Shown in pieces: positions 37,571 through 48,644 of a DNA stretch of 64,000 bases (its first letter is position 1; each line of letters starts with the position of its first letter). The stretch spans positions 310,001-374,000 of the forward strand of contig LSRY02000050.1 of assembly GCA_001643675.2 (NCBI GenBank), written 5' to 3'. Position numbers and translations under genes: made by a program. Origin of the DNA: Monocercomonoides exilis PA203. Taxonomy: Eukaryota; Protista; Preaxostyla. The notes below the pieces were generated by a model. The model was not told where the DNA came from, ran no database searches, and saw only the letters and a program-made list of their open reading frames with translations.

Positions 37571-38167
37571 ATGTGCGAATACGAAGAAATTCTAAATGAA
37601 AAAGCTGTCAGCATTGTTAAAATCAGTCCTTCTCTGACTTCTTCTCAAGAAACACTCAGTGAAGAATCAGATAATCATGCAATAGGCGAATTCAACAAAG
37701 ATGTTTTCCATGAAGACGAAGATGATGTGATTTATGCTGGCACAAATAAAAAACTTCAAGTTATTCACGAAATTACAAAGGGGAAGGAGGATGAAGCTGT
37801 CGATTCAATTAAGAAGTAAATTGCATCTAATTGGCATATCAGAATATTTAAATCATTTAATAAATTTTTCAATAATTCATTAGGGAAGTTAACCGAGGAA
37901 ACACAAGAAAATTTTGCATCGGTATTTAAAACTCACATTCATACAGAAACTTCAATTGGTTTTCTCGAGAGTCTATCGGTGTATTACAGTCATATTGCAT
38001 CACAGGGTGGAACGGAAACTATTTTTACCAACATTTGTTTTTGCATTGCAACAGCTCCTTGTAGTGAATCTCCATGTGAACGACTTTTTTCTAGACTGAA
38101 GCGAATCGTCGGTGATCATAGGCATTCGCTTTCCTTTGATTCGCTAAATTCGTTGCTTCTTTTATAA
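37571..38167 (+). pseudogene. hAT-family transposase remnant (C-terminal dimerisation domain)
   Basis: IATAPCSESPCERLFSRLKRIVGDHRHSLSFDSLNSLLLL matches the hAT C-terminal consensus PxSxxxxERxFSxxxxxxxxxRxxLxxxxxxxL. The catalytic core is absent. Confidence 0.75.
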
Positions 38168-38499
38168 ATAACATTTACAACTCATTCTTTTTGAAATCAA
38201 ATAATCATCGTTTGTAACTTTTCACCTCATTCAAATGATTGAGTTATTTCACATTTTATTTACTGAAAATTAAAAATTGAATTCCAAAAATTACAACTTT
38301 TATTTTTGTAAAACTAGAACATCTTATTTAATGTGAAAATAGTTCAGTAGTGTGTGATTATACGAAAAAAAAGCAATGCGATGAATTAAAAATCGATCTT
38401 ATCAATTGCTCTTGGTTTATGTTTATGATAGGCAGATAATAAAATATCATTTAATTTCGAATGCTGTTCTTAAGCTAGAAAACAAAACTATTGCGTAAT

Positions 38500-39250
38500 G
38501 ATAGACATTTAATAAAGAATAAATGGGAAATGCTGCAACATGCGAAGTGGTGGAGATTGTGATATTGGCGCTTTTGGTTGCAATGTTGAGGAAAAGGATG
38601 TGACTCTGTTTCCTGAAGCAATTGCACTGACGGTGTTGGAGGAGCGAGAAGAGGCAGAGAAAGAAGAAAGGGGAATGATGAAACAGGTGTCTATCCGAAA
38701 GTATTCAGGTAGTTTACGGAAAGAATCAAACTGAATCTGGAGGAACTGCAAAAAGAAAAGCACCACTGGTTGTTGAGGAGCATGACTGGTTGGGCTGAGG
38801 TTTGTAAAAGAGGAAGCAGATACAGCAAAAGCATCGAGCTTGCAGGAAACCGCAGAAATTGAATTGTGATGTGCTTCGTCAGTAAAAGGAACTCAACAAA
38901 AGATTTCAAGTGCATAAGACAGTTAGAGAGAAGCTGCAGAAAAGTATGTGAGAACAACTGTTGATGAAATCGCAGAAAGTCCACGAAATGTGTGAAAATT
39001 TTGAAGATGGAGATGAATGTTTGATGATCTGAGAGGATTAAGTAAGATAGGACAGAGATAATGAGAGGGCTTTAGAAATAAAAAAAAGGAAAGAGATATT
39101 GGAAGTTCCTGAAGTAGGTTGTGAAGAAGAAAAAGAGAAAATGAGGGGAACATATAAGGAGGACACGTGTATTTATTGTAAGAGCTGTGCTAAAGTTGAC
39201 GAAGTGCAAACTTTCACTTAGAGTGAAGATACAGAAAGAAGGATGGCTTT
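38500..39250 (-). pseudogene. Possible second degenerate RLE-type non-LTR fragment
   Basis: QSCSSTTSGAFLFAVP followed (after a frameshift) by LQIQFDSFRK, resembling SGAWLxAxP...LxLxxxxFR. Weak. Confidence 0.2.
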
Positions 39251-39257
39251 GATGATT

Positions 39258-39383
39258 AAGAAGAAGAAAAAGAAGAAAGAGAAGAAGAAGAAGAAGAAGA
39301 AGAAGAAGAAGAAGAAGAAGAAGAAGAAGAAGAAGAAGAAGAAGAAGAAGAAGAAGAAGAAGAAGAAGAAGAAGAAGAAGAAG
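39258..39383. repeat. (AAG)n trinucleotide microsatellite
   Basis: Directly visible. Confidence 0.95.
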
Positions 39384-40877
39384 CCATTTAATGCAGAAGA
39401 GAATGTTATTTAATCTGTGAATGAAGCAATTGCTCTGGAGAAATCATTTTGTTTTCTTTTCAATATTCAGATCACAAAATTCTGTTTGAATATCATTTGA
39501 ATATCCGAACAATTCTTCCAAACACAGAGGCCAAAGATGAATGAATATTCGTTTGTTTTCTTTGATGATGAAATATAACTATTATTATAGCAACCGCTAT
39601 TGCTTGAGACACTTCTTTAACTTTGCTTGTATCTCTTCCAGTTATTGCTGATAAATTATTTCCTTGTTTGAAAACGCCTTCTGTTTTCTTTGAATTGTCC
39701 AAAGCAGCCTTTCCTCTTCATTGATTTCCTTCTATTGCTAAACTCCGTAAGCAATATCATCATACACGAAATTTTTGTATCTTTTGATGACTTGTTTTCT
39801 CTCCTTCCATATTTCATTCGTTGGAAATACTGCCTTCGGACATGTTTTCGATTCATTGACATTTACGAGGCAGCTCGGCATTGATTCTTAGTTCGGCATA
39901 AGTGTAAAAAAACGCCTGCTTCAGTTTTATGATTTTCTTAATTTCAACACAATTATCATAAATAACATTAAAAAACAACACTTTTGGGTGGAGCAGTTTT
40001 ATGATATTTCAACATAAATTTCATCAAAAAATTTTTTGTGATCAATCCCTTAATTAAAAATTTTCATAATCATCTTTTTCACTTGAAATGTTTAGTTGCA
40101 ATAATAGAAAATCAATCTTTATGCAATACAGCTCAACTGAATGAAAACTCTTCTAAGATAATTGTTCTGAAGAATATTTGACTTTTATTTCGACTTTTTC
40201 ATGAATAGTCATTAAATTCTTCATATTCTTTCTAACTGCAAAAACAAATCTTTGAAAGATTTTAGTACCAATTTGTTTATTTCAAATGAACAAGAGCTAC
40301 AGGTCTTATCATTGTTTAATTTAGATATTTGATTAATATTTTATTCGAACTTGAGAATTCCACTCTTGACACGATAAAACATACGAGATTGTTTTTATTG
40401 TGAAAAAAACATGCTTTTGAATGTTTCAAAGTTTGACAGTAATCAATTTGAATATGTTGATTTTTCTATTAGCATTCTCTGTGCAAGGAAAACTTTATAT
40501 GCACAAAATTTTGAACATTTCAATTTCTTTCGTTAGAAATAAAACATATCAAAAAACGAATAACCACATTCGAATATTTCGAGAAATATGATTCAATCTT
40601 AAGTTTTTAAATTGTCGATTATCTCTTTTCAGTTTCCTTGAAAACAATTCATAAAAATATGTTCAATTCTATTTAGATAATTATTAATGTTCTTTTACAA
40701 AAATTTCACTTATATTTATTTAGAATGTTGAACAATCAAATCAATTCATTTTGAAACATTGAATTTTGATCGAATGCATATGTGCATATTATCGAGTTTT
40801 TTTATAAAGTTATCGATCAATCATTCTAAATTAACGTTTTCAAAACAAAGATCAAATAACTTTTAAAGTTCCAAAGG

Positions 40878-42788
40878 ATGGAGGATTATAAGAACATTTT
40901 CGAAACAATTTCTTTATGTGAATTTATTCAACGGTCAAATGGGAACAGCGATTTTGCAATAAAGATATTGAACAGTTTCAATTTCATCAAAAAATTCTCC
41001 AAATGTCATCGTTGTAAAGGTCATATGCATTTTGTTGATGGTGGAAAACGGGATGAATTTTATTACAAATGTTCAAAATGCGGAAAAAAACTCAACTGGA
41101 ATCATTTCACTATCTTTTCAGAGTTCAGATTTTCACCATTTCAATTCATTTGCCTGCTATTTCATTTCTGGTATAAGCATTCAATTAGCGAAGTAACACA
41201 TGAAACAAATCTTTCTAATAAAACAGTTTTAAAATTCAATCAAAAAATTAGAAGAATTTGCGGTTTCATTGAGATGGAATGCTTTGAAAAAATTGGTAAA
41301 AATCGAATCGTAGAAATTGACGAGACATTTGTGCACAAAAGAAAAAATGGAGTAGGAAGAATTCAGGATCAACAGTGGCTGTGGGGTGTGTGTGAAAGAA
41401 AGATGGAAGGAGCACCTCAGCACTTCAAAGTCGAATTTGTTGCCAACAGAACTGAGGAAACACTCATGTATTTCATAGAAAAGAATATTGATAAAAGCGC
41501 AATAGTTTACTCTGATATGTGGTCTTCTTATCAAGGTATAAAAATTGCAGGATACAAACACGATTGTGTGAATCATTCATTAAATTTTGTTAAACCTGAA
41601 GATAAAAATGTTCACACTCAAACCATCGAGTGTATGTGGTCTCATATTAAATGCCACATGAGAAAGCGTGGTAGAGTGCTTGAACAGACAAAGGAATATG
41701 CACTGGAATTTCAATATAGGTTTAACACAAAAAAATCAATTGCAAAGTTAATTTGTGATATGTGCTTAATCAATAGAAATGAATTGAATTCATATTTGAT
41801 GACATATGAATCATGTGAAATGGAAATAAGAAGTGTGATTGAGAAAGAAAAAATATTGCAGCAATCAATATATATGATGAAAAAAAATGAAAAAGAAACA
41901 GAAAACGTTATTGAACTTTTTCATGAAGAAGATTTAGATAATTTTATTCGGAACAGAAAAGAATCATCAAAACTGAAAAAAGAAAGAGCACGCGAAAACA
42001 GAAAAATCAGAATGATTGATGAATTTGACAGTGAAGATGATCCAGCAAAAATAGAAAACGAAACAAAAACAGTTGAGATAACGAAAAGAAAGGAAAATAA
42101 AACGTTTGAAAAAGAGGAAAGAAAAAAAGAAAATAAGCAAAAGGAGCAGGAGATGGAGAAGGAAGAGAAGGAGATGGAGAAGGAAGAGAAGGAGATGGAG
42201 AAGGAAGAGAAGGAGATGGAGAAGGAAGAGAAGGAGAAGGAGAAGGAAGAGAAGGAGATGGAGAAGGAAGAGAAGGAGATGGAGAAGGAAGAGAAGGAGA
42301 TGGAGAAGGAAGAGAAGGAGATGGAGAAGGAAGAGAAGGAGAAGGAGAAGGAAGAGAAGGAGATGGAGAAGGAAGAGAAGGAGATGGAGAAGGAAGAGAA
42401 GGAGAAGGAGAAGGAAGAGAAGGAGATGGAGAAGGATGATGAAGATGAAAAAACTTGTGGAACAACAAACTTATATTCAAGAAAGAAGTTCTCGAAAATA
42501 ATTTCTGATTCAGAAACTATCATCCCAAGCAGAAGCAAGAATTTAAAAAGAAAAGCAGTATCAAGGCTCAGATCGAAAAGTGGACGATTCATAAAGCAAA
42601 CAGATTTTCCATGTATTAAAGTTCTTCGCATGGAAGCTGATCGATTTTGTGAAATAAAAGATTTTCAGGCGAAAAAAAGATACTTGAAAGAAAAGAAAAA
42701 AGTTATATCGACTAAAACGAAAAAAATTCTGCGAAGCCATATTAAATCAAAGAGCATTGGATTAAAAGACAAACCTATTACACTTTAA
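40878..42788 (+). CDS. Merlin/ISXO2-like DDE transposase with a long charged C-terminal extension
   Basis: N-terminal CxxC...CxxC ribbon; motifs VEIDET, WLWGVCER, VANRTEETL, IVYSDMWSSY, VNHSLNFV, VHTQTIECMW. Confidence 0.92.
   Translation: MEDYKNIFETISLCEFIQRSNGNSDFAIKILNSFNFIKKFSKCHRCKGHMHFVDGGKRDEFYYKCSKCGKKLNWNHFTIFSEFRFSPFQFICLLFHFWYKHSISEVTHETNLSNKTVLKFNQKIRRICGFIEMECFEKIGKNRIVEIDETFVHKRKNGVGRIQDQQWLWGVCERKMEGAPQHFKVEFVANRTEETLMYFIEKNIDKSAIVYSDMWSSYQGIKIAGYKHDCVNHSLNFVKPEDKNVHTQTIECMWSHIKCHMRKRGRVLEQTKEYALEFQYRFNTKKSIAKLICDMCLINRNELNSYLMTYESCEMEIRSVIEKEKILQQSIYMMKKNEKETENVIELFHEEDLDNFIRNRKESSKLKKERARENRKIRMIDEFDSEDDPAKIENETKTVEITKRKENKTFEKEERKKENKQKEQEMEKEEKEMEKEEKEMEKEEKEMEKEEKEKEKEEKEMEKEEKEMEKEEKEMEKEEKEMEKEEKEKEKEEKEMEKEEKEMEKEEKEKEKEEKEMEKDDEDEKTCGTTNLYSRKKFSKIISDSETIIPSRSKNLKRKAVSRLRSKSGRFIKQTDFPCIKVLRMEADRFCEIKDFQAKKRYLKEKKKVISTKTKKILRSHIKSKSIGLKDKPITL
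42149..42433 (+). repeat. 21-nt coding tandem repeat, E[MK]EKEEK x13 plus a partial unit
   Basis: GAGATGGAGAAGGAAGAGAAG units within the transposase ORF. Confidence 0.92.
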
Positions 42789-43689
42789 TCATGTCACGTT
42801 TTTTGCAGTTTTCTGATCAATAATTTCGAAATGAATCTGAATGATCTGACAAATTTTGAATTTTTCAGAAAATCAACTTTGGATAATTGAAATATTAATT
42901 AATGAATGAAAAGAAAAAGTTTCACAAGCAGTTTCAAATATTATGATTCTTGTAATGAATATTGAGCAGATAACTTTTGAAAGAAATGTAATTTGTTCGC
43001 AATAAACATGAGATAAGAATTTTCCACTCGATTGTTTTTGTCATTTTTCTTGTATTAGATTATTTTCGGGTTTCCATTGTAAAAGAATATTGCATGCGAG
43101 AAGAAATAACCTTCACAAGTGCAATTGGTATTTCGAAGACATGAAATTTTTCTATGAAAGAGTAACACAGTGCATCATAGTGAACAATTAACGCGAGTAT
43201 TGAACGAAGCAATAAAAAGTCTTAACTTTGAATATTCTTTCTTATTTTTATCAGTCAATGTTCGTTAAGATAAATTGTTGTTTCATGGAAATTCAATCTT
43301 CGTGTGAATTAATTGATTCTATGAATAAAAATGATGCTCATGAGTAAGATTGTTATATGCGACATGTTTTTTTATGTCTTTTCAGATAGCTCAATGGCAT
43401 ATCTTAAATTGATAAAGTTACTTCCAACAAGCTACGTTAAACAAGCTGAAATACTCAATTTAACTGTGAAAAATTAATCAACGAAAAACTTATACAAACA
43501 TTATAATGTTGTTTCGAAAACGACCGGCAGGAAAGTTTTAATAGTTGTCTTTTCAAATGATGATGAAGAAATTTAATCATGGGAAAAAAGAAACCTATTA
43601 TAATATGGATTTGAAAAACATATTCAAAGAAAATAATTCAAAAATTGATTAACTGCAATAGTGATTCTGGTTGATCCTTATGCGGTTGC

Positions 43690-44197
43690 AGTTAACAAAA
43701 TGAGAATATATCAAAGTCAAATTCAACAGGCTGTTCAGCTGCCCATGGAGGAGCAATTTGCGTTGATGGTCGACAATCATCTTCTGTTTATTCATTCTCA
43801 GATAATAGAGTGGGAGGTTGTAATATTAAGGGCATTTATGGAACTGGCTGGTATTTTTGGATTGGTGATTTCCCCTCAAATGGCAAATTCTTGTTTACCA
43901 AATGCAAATGCATTGCTAATTCCGGTGGTGATTCTGCTGGTTCACTCACATTTCATTACCCTCCGAATAGCAAGCCCAACATGTTTTCAATCGTTGAGAG
44001 TCAGTTCATCAATAATAAGTTAACTTCATCATCCTCATGGGGTGGTGCCGGAAAATCCTTTGATGGAACTTACTCTTGGATGAGTGGAATGAAATACATC
44101 ACTTATTGTTTCTTCGATGGAAATACAGCAACTAATGGAAGAGGAAATGACGCGTTCTTCAGTGGAAGAAGCATCATTCAATCTTCATTTGAGAATT
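43690..44197 (+). pseudogene. Captured fragment of a beta-helix-like surface protein gene inside the Merlin element
   Basis: CKCIANSGGDSAGS...QFINNKLTSSSSWGGA...TYSWMSGMKYITYCFFDGNTATNGRGND aligns colinearly with the 6695-7357 ORF (CKCISNSGGDSVGS...QFINNKLTSNSTSWGGA...TYSWMNGMKFITFCFFDGNIATNGRGND). Confidence 0.8.
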
Positions 44198-47100
44198 ACG
44201 TTTCGGCTACCATTTCATCAAAATTCTTAAAAGCCAGTCCTTCTGGAAATGATGTTATCAACGTTTGCTCCCTTTCATCTGTTCTCTCCATTTCAACTTC
44301 AAAGAAATCCCACACGTAATTTTCCCTCCTTTTCTTCTTCTTCTTCTCTCTCTCCTCTTCTTCCATTTCCTTCCACTCCTCCTCCTCTTCCCCTTCCTCT
44401 TCCCCTTCCACAACTTCTTCTTCTTCTTCAATCGAATTCGAAAGATCCTCCAAAATGAAGAAGAAATCCAGCGCTGCTTCTGCTTCTCTTGCTGCTTCGC
44501 GTGCGAAAGCTGCTGCCTCCTTCACCATCACCCCGTTCACCACACACGAACACGAAGTCACTTCTGCTTTGTTTGTGCCTTTGATTGCGCATCCAACTGT
44601 GTTTGAGCACAAAGAGAACGTGCAAACATCAGCTTTTGCGCTGTCGACAGGAAGAATTGCAACGCCGCCTTGCTCTCCTGCTAGCTCGTTGACTTCGCCG
44701 TCTGCTCCAACTCCTGCTTCTTCTTCTTCCTCCTCCTCCTCTTCCTCTTCCTCTTCTTCTTTTTCCTCTTCTTACTCTTTTTCTTCTTCTTTTTCTTTTT
44801 CTACTTCTTCTCCTTCAATTTTTTTTCTTTTTTTTCTTCCTCTCTTCCTCTTAAATAACATCCTCTTCCATAACTTCTCCTCCTTTTTTTTCACAAGATC
44901 TTCAGTTCTTTTTCTTTGACTTCCTCGTAATCTTTTCTTTTCATCAGCATTCCCTCCCCTCATCTCTAATGTTCGCTCCTTTTCGTGTTAACTTCACTAT
45001 CTCTATAAAACAAACTTTCTAATGAGATTAACTCGTCTTTACACAGGCTTCATCCAACTGAACGATGCCAAACTCTTTCGGGTCATTGATTTTTTCAATA
45101 GAGAAGAAACGCACCAGCTTTTCCAACTCTTCAAGTGTATCCTTTATGTGGAACCTTGCGTATTCGAAAGTTTGTGGAGAGATACAGCTGCGAGCATACC
45201 TTTCTCTGAGTTTGTTATGTCCATCATTCTTCCACACATTTACACAAAAATAATTTCGCTAAAGCGCATCATCGCAAGAACATTTGCTGTGGGGAACACG
45301 ACATGTCTTGTTGACGATTTTCACCTCCTTCCTATCTCATTCTTTCTCTGCAACCTTTTCCTGATAACTATTTCGTTTGGATTCAATTATTCATGTTCAC
45401 ATCCGATGAACATAACCTCGTATAACATTATGCAAAGAGAGTCTTGATTGACAATGAAGCCTGTTCGATCAGAGAAAGAGATGGAAAATGAAAGGTTAAA
45501 GGAGAAAGAAAAAATATTGTAGGAGTTATTGTGTAGCATTTTTGTTTACAGTAATATAAGTTTTTTCTATATATCGATTTGAATTCAACTCCAAGACTTT
45601 TGGAATGTATGAAAATTTTGAATGACTGTATTTATCATATCACAAAAAAAATTAGAAATTTCTTCATTCTTCTTTCTGAAAATCACATTTTATTCGTTCA
45701 TTCTAGAAATTGTTTTTTCCCCTTTTCATTGAAATTTTAAGAAGCAACAAAAAAGAAAGATCACTTTGGTTGTTCATTTATTTGGTAATTTTTCAAAATT
45801 TCACATTCTAAATGAAACAACATCAGACTGGTGAATTTTTCAAACAAAAATATTCACATCATATGAGTCTTTTTATCTCAAAAAAGTGAAAAAAATGATT
45901 GCCTTTATTTCAGCATGAAAAACATTCAATAAAAAAACGATCAATAAGCAACCAACTGTATGTTAAACAAATAAATTTCTGAATATAAGTGAAACATTTC
46001 CTTTTCTAATGTATATTCGTTCATTTATTATTGATAAAGTATTTATAAAATGTACTGGATGTGACTGCAAGACTAGCTTATTTTTTAAACAGAAAGAATT
46101 CAATATTAATAATAATAAATAAGTTTCAAACTCGATTTGAAGTGTTAATTAACATTGAATGTTTGAAATGTGCGTTAATTGATAATTCACATCGAAGCAT
46201 TCACACAAAATACAAAAAAGAAATATATAAAAATTTTGTTATGGGACAGATCACAAATATTTATTTTTGATATTTTATGTCGATATCTCAAAAAACTGCT
46301 CCACCCAAAAGTGTTGTTTTTTTATGTTATTTATTATCACTTTTTATCATGAATGAAATCGTGAAAATGGAGGAGGTATTTTTTTACACTTATGCCCTTA
46401 GTTCAAATGAGCATGTTAAAAACAAATAGAGTGATGTATTGTTGGAGATGATTGAAGTTGAGAAGAGTCCGATGAAGTGACAGTTAATACGGAAGAAGAC
46501 AAAGAAGAAGTCAAAGCGTTCGGTGATGAAATCATAAACCATTTTCTAAAAGCTATATTTGCTTGTTTCTTTCCGTCGATAATCAGAATGTGCAAAATGT
46601 TATCTTCCTCACAGTCTTCATATTAGATCGAAGACTTTCTCAATCCATAAACAGATATCATTGCATGTGCGAACAAAAATCTCAAATATAATGGTTTTTG
46701 TAAAGGTTATTTCCTTTTTCATTGCAATGTGATGCAAAGAGAATTTATCCATTTGTGCCATATATCTTCGCTACTGAATAAATTCTGTTTTTGTTTGATA
46801 CGATTTTAAATAACTCTTTGTTTGAACGAAAACTTTGGGAAATTCTTCATTTTGCTCTGGATGATGAAAATGTTCAGTTGAAGTTAAATCGTGCAAGACT
46901 TCAGTAAGAATAAAATTTGTGAAAGATGTTGAAGTTGCACTCTCTATTCATTCGTTTGTTTTTTCTTCATTTCAATTCTTTGTTGTGCCAATCTTCTTTT
47001 CATAATCCTTTATCATCAACGGATGTTTCAGCATTTCTGATATTTTCTTCGTTTGCTGATTGTTGTTGAGCATTCACAATTTCTTTTGATCGTTTTCTTA

Positions 47101-47954
47101 ATAGCTCCCTTAACCTTCGTTTCCACTTATCTTGTTTTAACACCATCACCGCCATTTCTCTTTGAAAATTCCTATGTTCAAAGAATCCCTATGAATTGCA
47201 TAATCTCTTTAATCTCAAATTGCAACATCAAGAGTTCCAACCAGAGCTTCTTCAAAAGTGTCAATTAAATAATTTTGAACAACAATTTCATGAATGATAT
47301 AACTTTAAAAATTCAATAGTTTGAAACTTTCAATGTCACATCCAATCAAACGAAAATCATTAAAAAATTATGTGGTTCAAATAATAATCAAAAACTTTTT
47401 CAAACTCTTTTTCTCAATGAATTTATTTTAACTTTTTGACATTTGAATTTTTTTTCAAAGACTAATTTGTGAACAAGGAAATGAATAAAATAAAAACGAT
47501 ATGGGTGATTTTTTTTGGTATCATAAAAAAAGATCAAAAATCGAAAATATAAAATCTATTGTGGTATTCATTGATCAAATAGATAAATTGATTTATTACA
47601 AGTATTTGGCTTTTTAAGCTATGATTTATGTGTGTTTTATTTATTTATAGAAAAAAAGCAAACCTTTTTAATGTTTCAAGTGAAATAGAATTTTTTGATC
47701 AAGTAAAATAAAAATGAACCAAAAACAAATAAATAAAACTTCAAAAAGAAAATGTTTATTTTATAACAGAAAAAACAAAACATTGAAAATAAAAAAAATT
47801 ATGAAGAAGAACAGAAAAAAAGATAAGAAAACAAAAATTTTGAAACCAATTTAACAATAATAGTTATTTTTCTTTTTTTTCCTCACCTTTGTATAGCCAA
47901 CAAATCCCCATTCCATTTATTCCATTCATAGGATTCATCTTACGAAAATAGATT

Positions 47955-48210
47955 TAGTGGCATATCAGATAAGTCTGAGTTCAACAGCTGATTCCCTCTC
48001 ATTGCCCAGAATAACATTGATTTCAGAAGTGAAATTGAAGCTTATGCCTTTGGCAGACCCCAACAGACACCATATGCTTCCATCGAGTATGTTCTCAACG
48101 GCGGAATTTCCCTCCACCAAGACGCCTTTCTCACTCCCCTCACCTCAACATTTGTTCCAACTCAAACACTCACTTTCAGCACAGCTGATGCAAAAATCAC
48201 AGGAAACGAT
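47955..48210 (+). pseudogene. Third fragment of the same surface protein family
   Basis: NS*FPLIAQNN...FGRPQQTPYASIEYVLNG...FVPTQTLTFSTADAKITGN aligns with NSWISLIAQNK...YGSPQQTPCATIEYVLNG...FVPSQKLTFSATDAEISGN from 6695-6945. Confidence 0.75.
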
Positions 48211-48644
48211 ATCCTTTTCTAATTTCATTAAAATTCCTTCCATTTACAAATTCTTGAATATTTTCCATATCATTAAAAATTTCTTGAGATTTCATCTTCT
48301 TTTCACCAGAAGTTTATTTTTTTCAAAATCCTCAATGTCAGCTCAAATAAAAATATTTCTCCGAAATTTCCTTTAAGTTTCTCCTTTTCATCAAATGCAA
48401 ATTCTGCTGTTGCTTAAAGGAATCATCTATTTCATCTCTTCAAAATGAATTTATGCAAATATGAAGGCTTTTCTTAAATATCTGTTTCCTCAGCTTTCCA
48501 ATACAATTTTTCTATCTGCCATTCGTTCCATTTTTTATGGAATTGCACTTCAAATATTGATTTTCCATAAATAGGTTTCTCTCCTCATTATTTCATCTTC
48601 CGCAACTTTTTGAAGGCGCACGATGTTGTGAAATCTCTCGAAAA

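Larger units (their letters stand above)
39895..46396 (+). mobile_element. Complete Merlin (IS1016/IS1595-like) DNA transposon, 6502 bp
   Basis: Termini GGCATAAGTGTAAAAAAA ... TTTTTTTACACTTATGCC, with ~160-bp imperfect TIRs sharing AAAAAACAACACTTTTGGGTGGAGCAGTTTT. Perfect 8-bp TSD CTTAGTTC at 39887-39894 and 46397-46404. Internal transposase ORF present. Confidence 0.93.

Noticed and set aside
37055-38325. Candidate hAT TIRs (CAGTGTTCTA at 37055; TAGAACA near 38315)
   Set aside because: Only ~7 bp match and no 8-bp TSD.
42149-42433. CRISPR-like array
   Set aside because: Tandem coding repeat without spacers, in a eukaryotic context.
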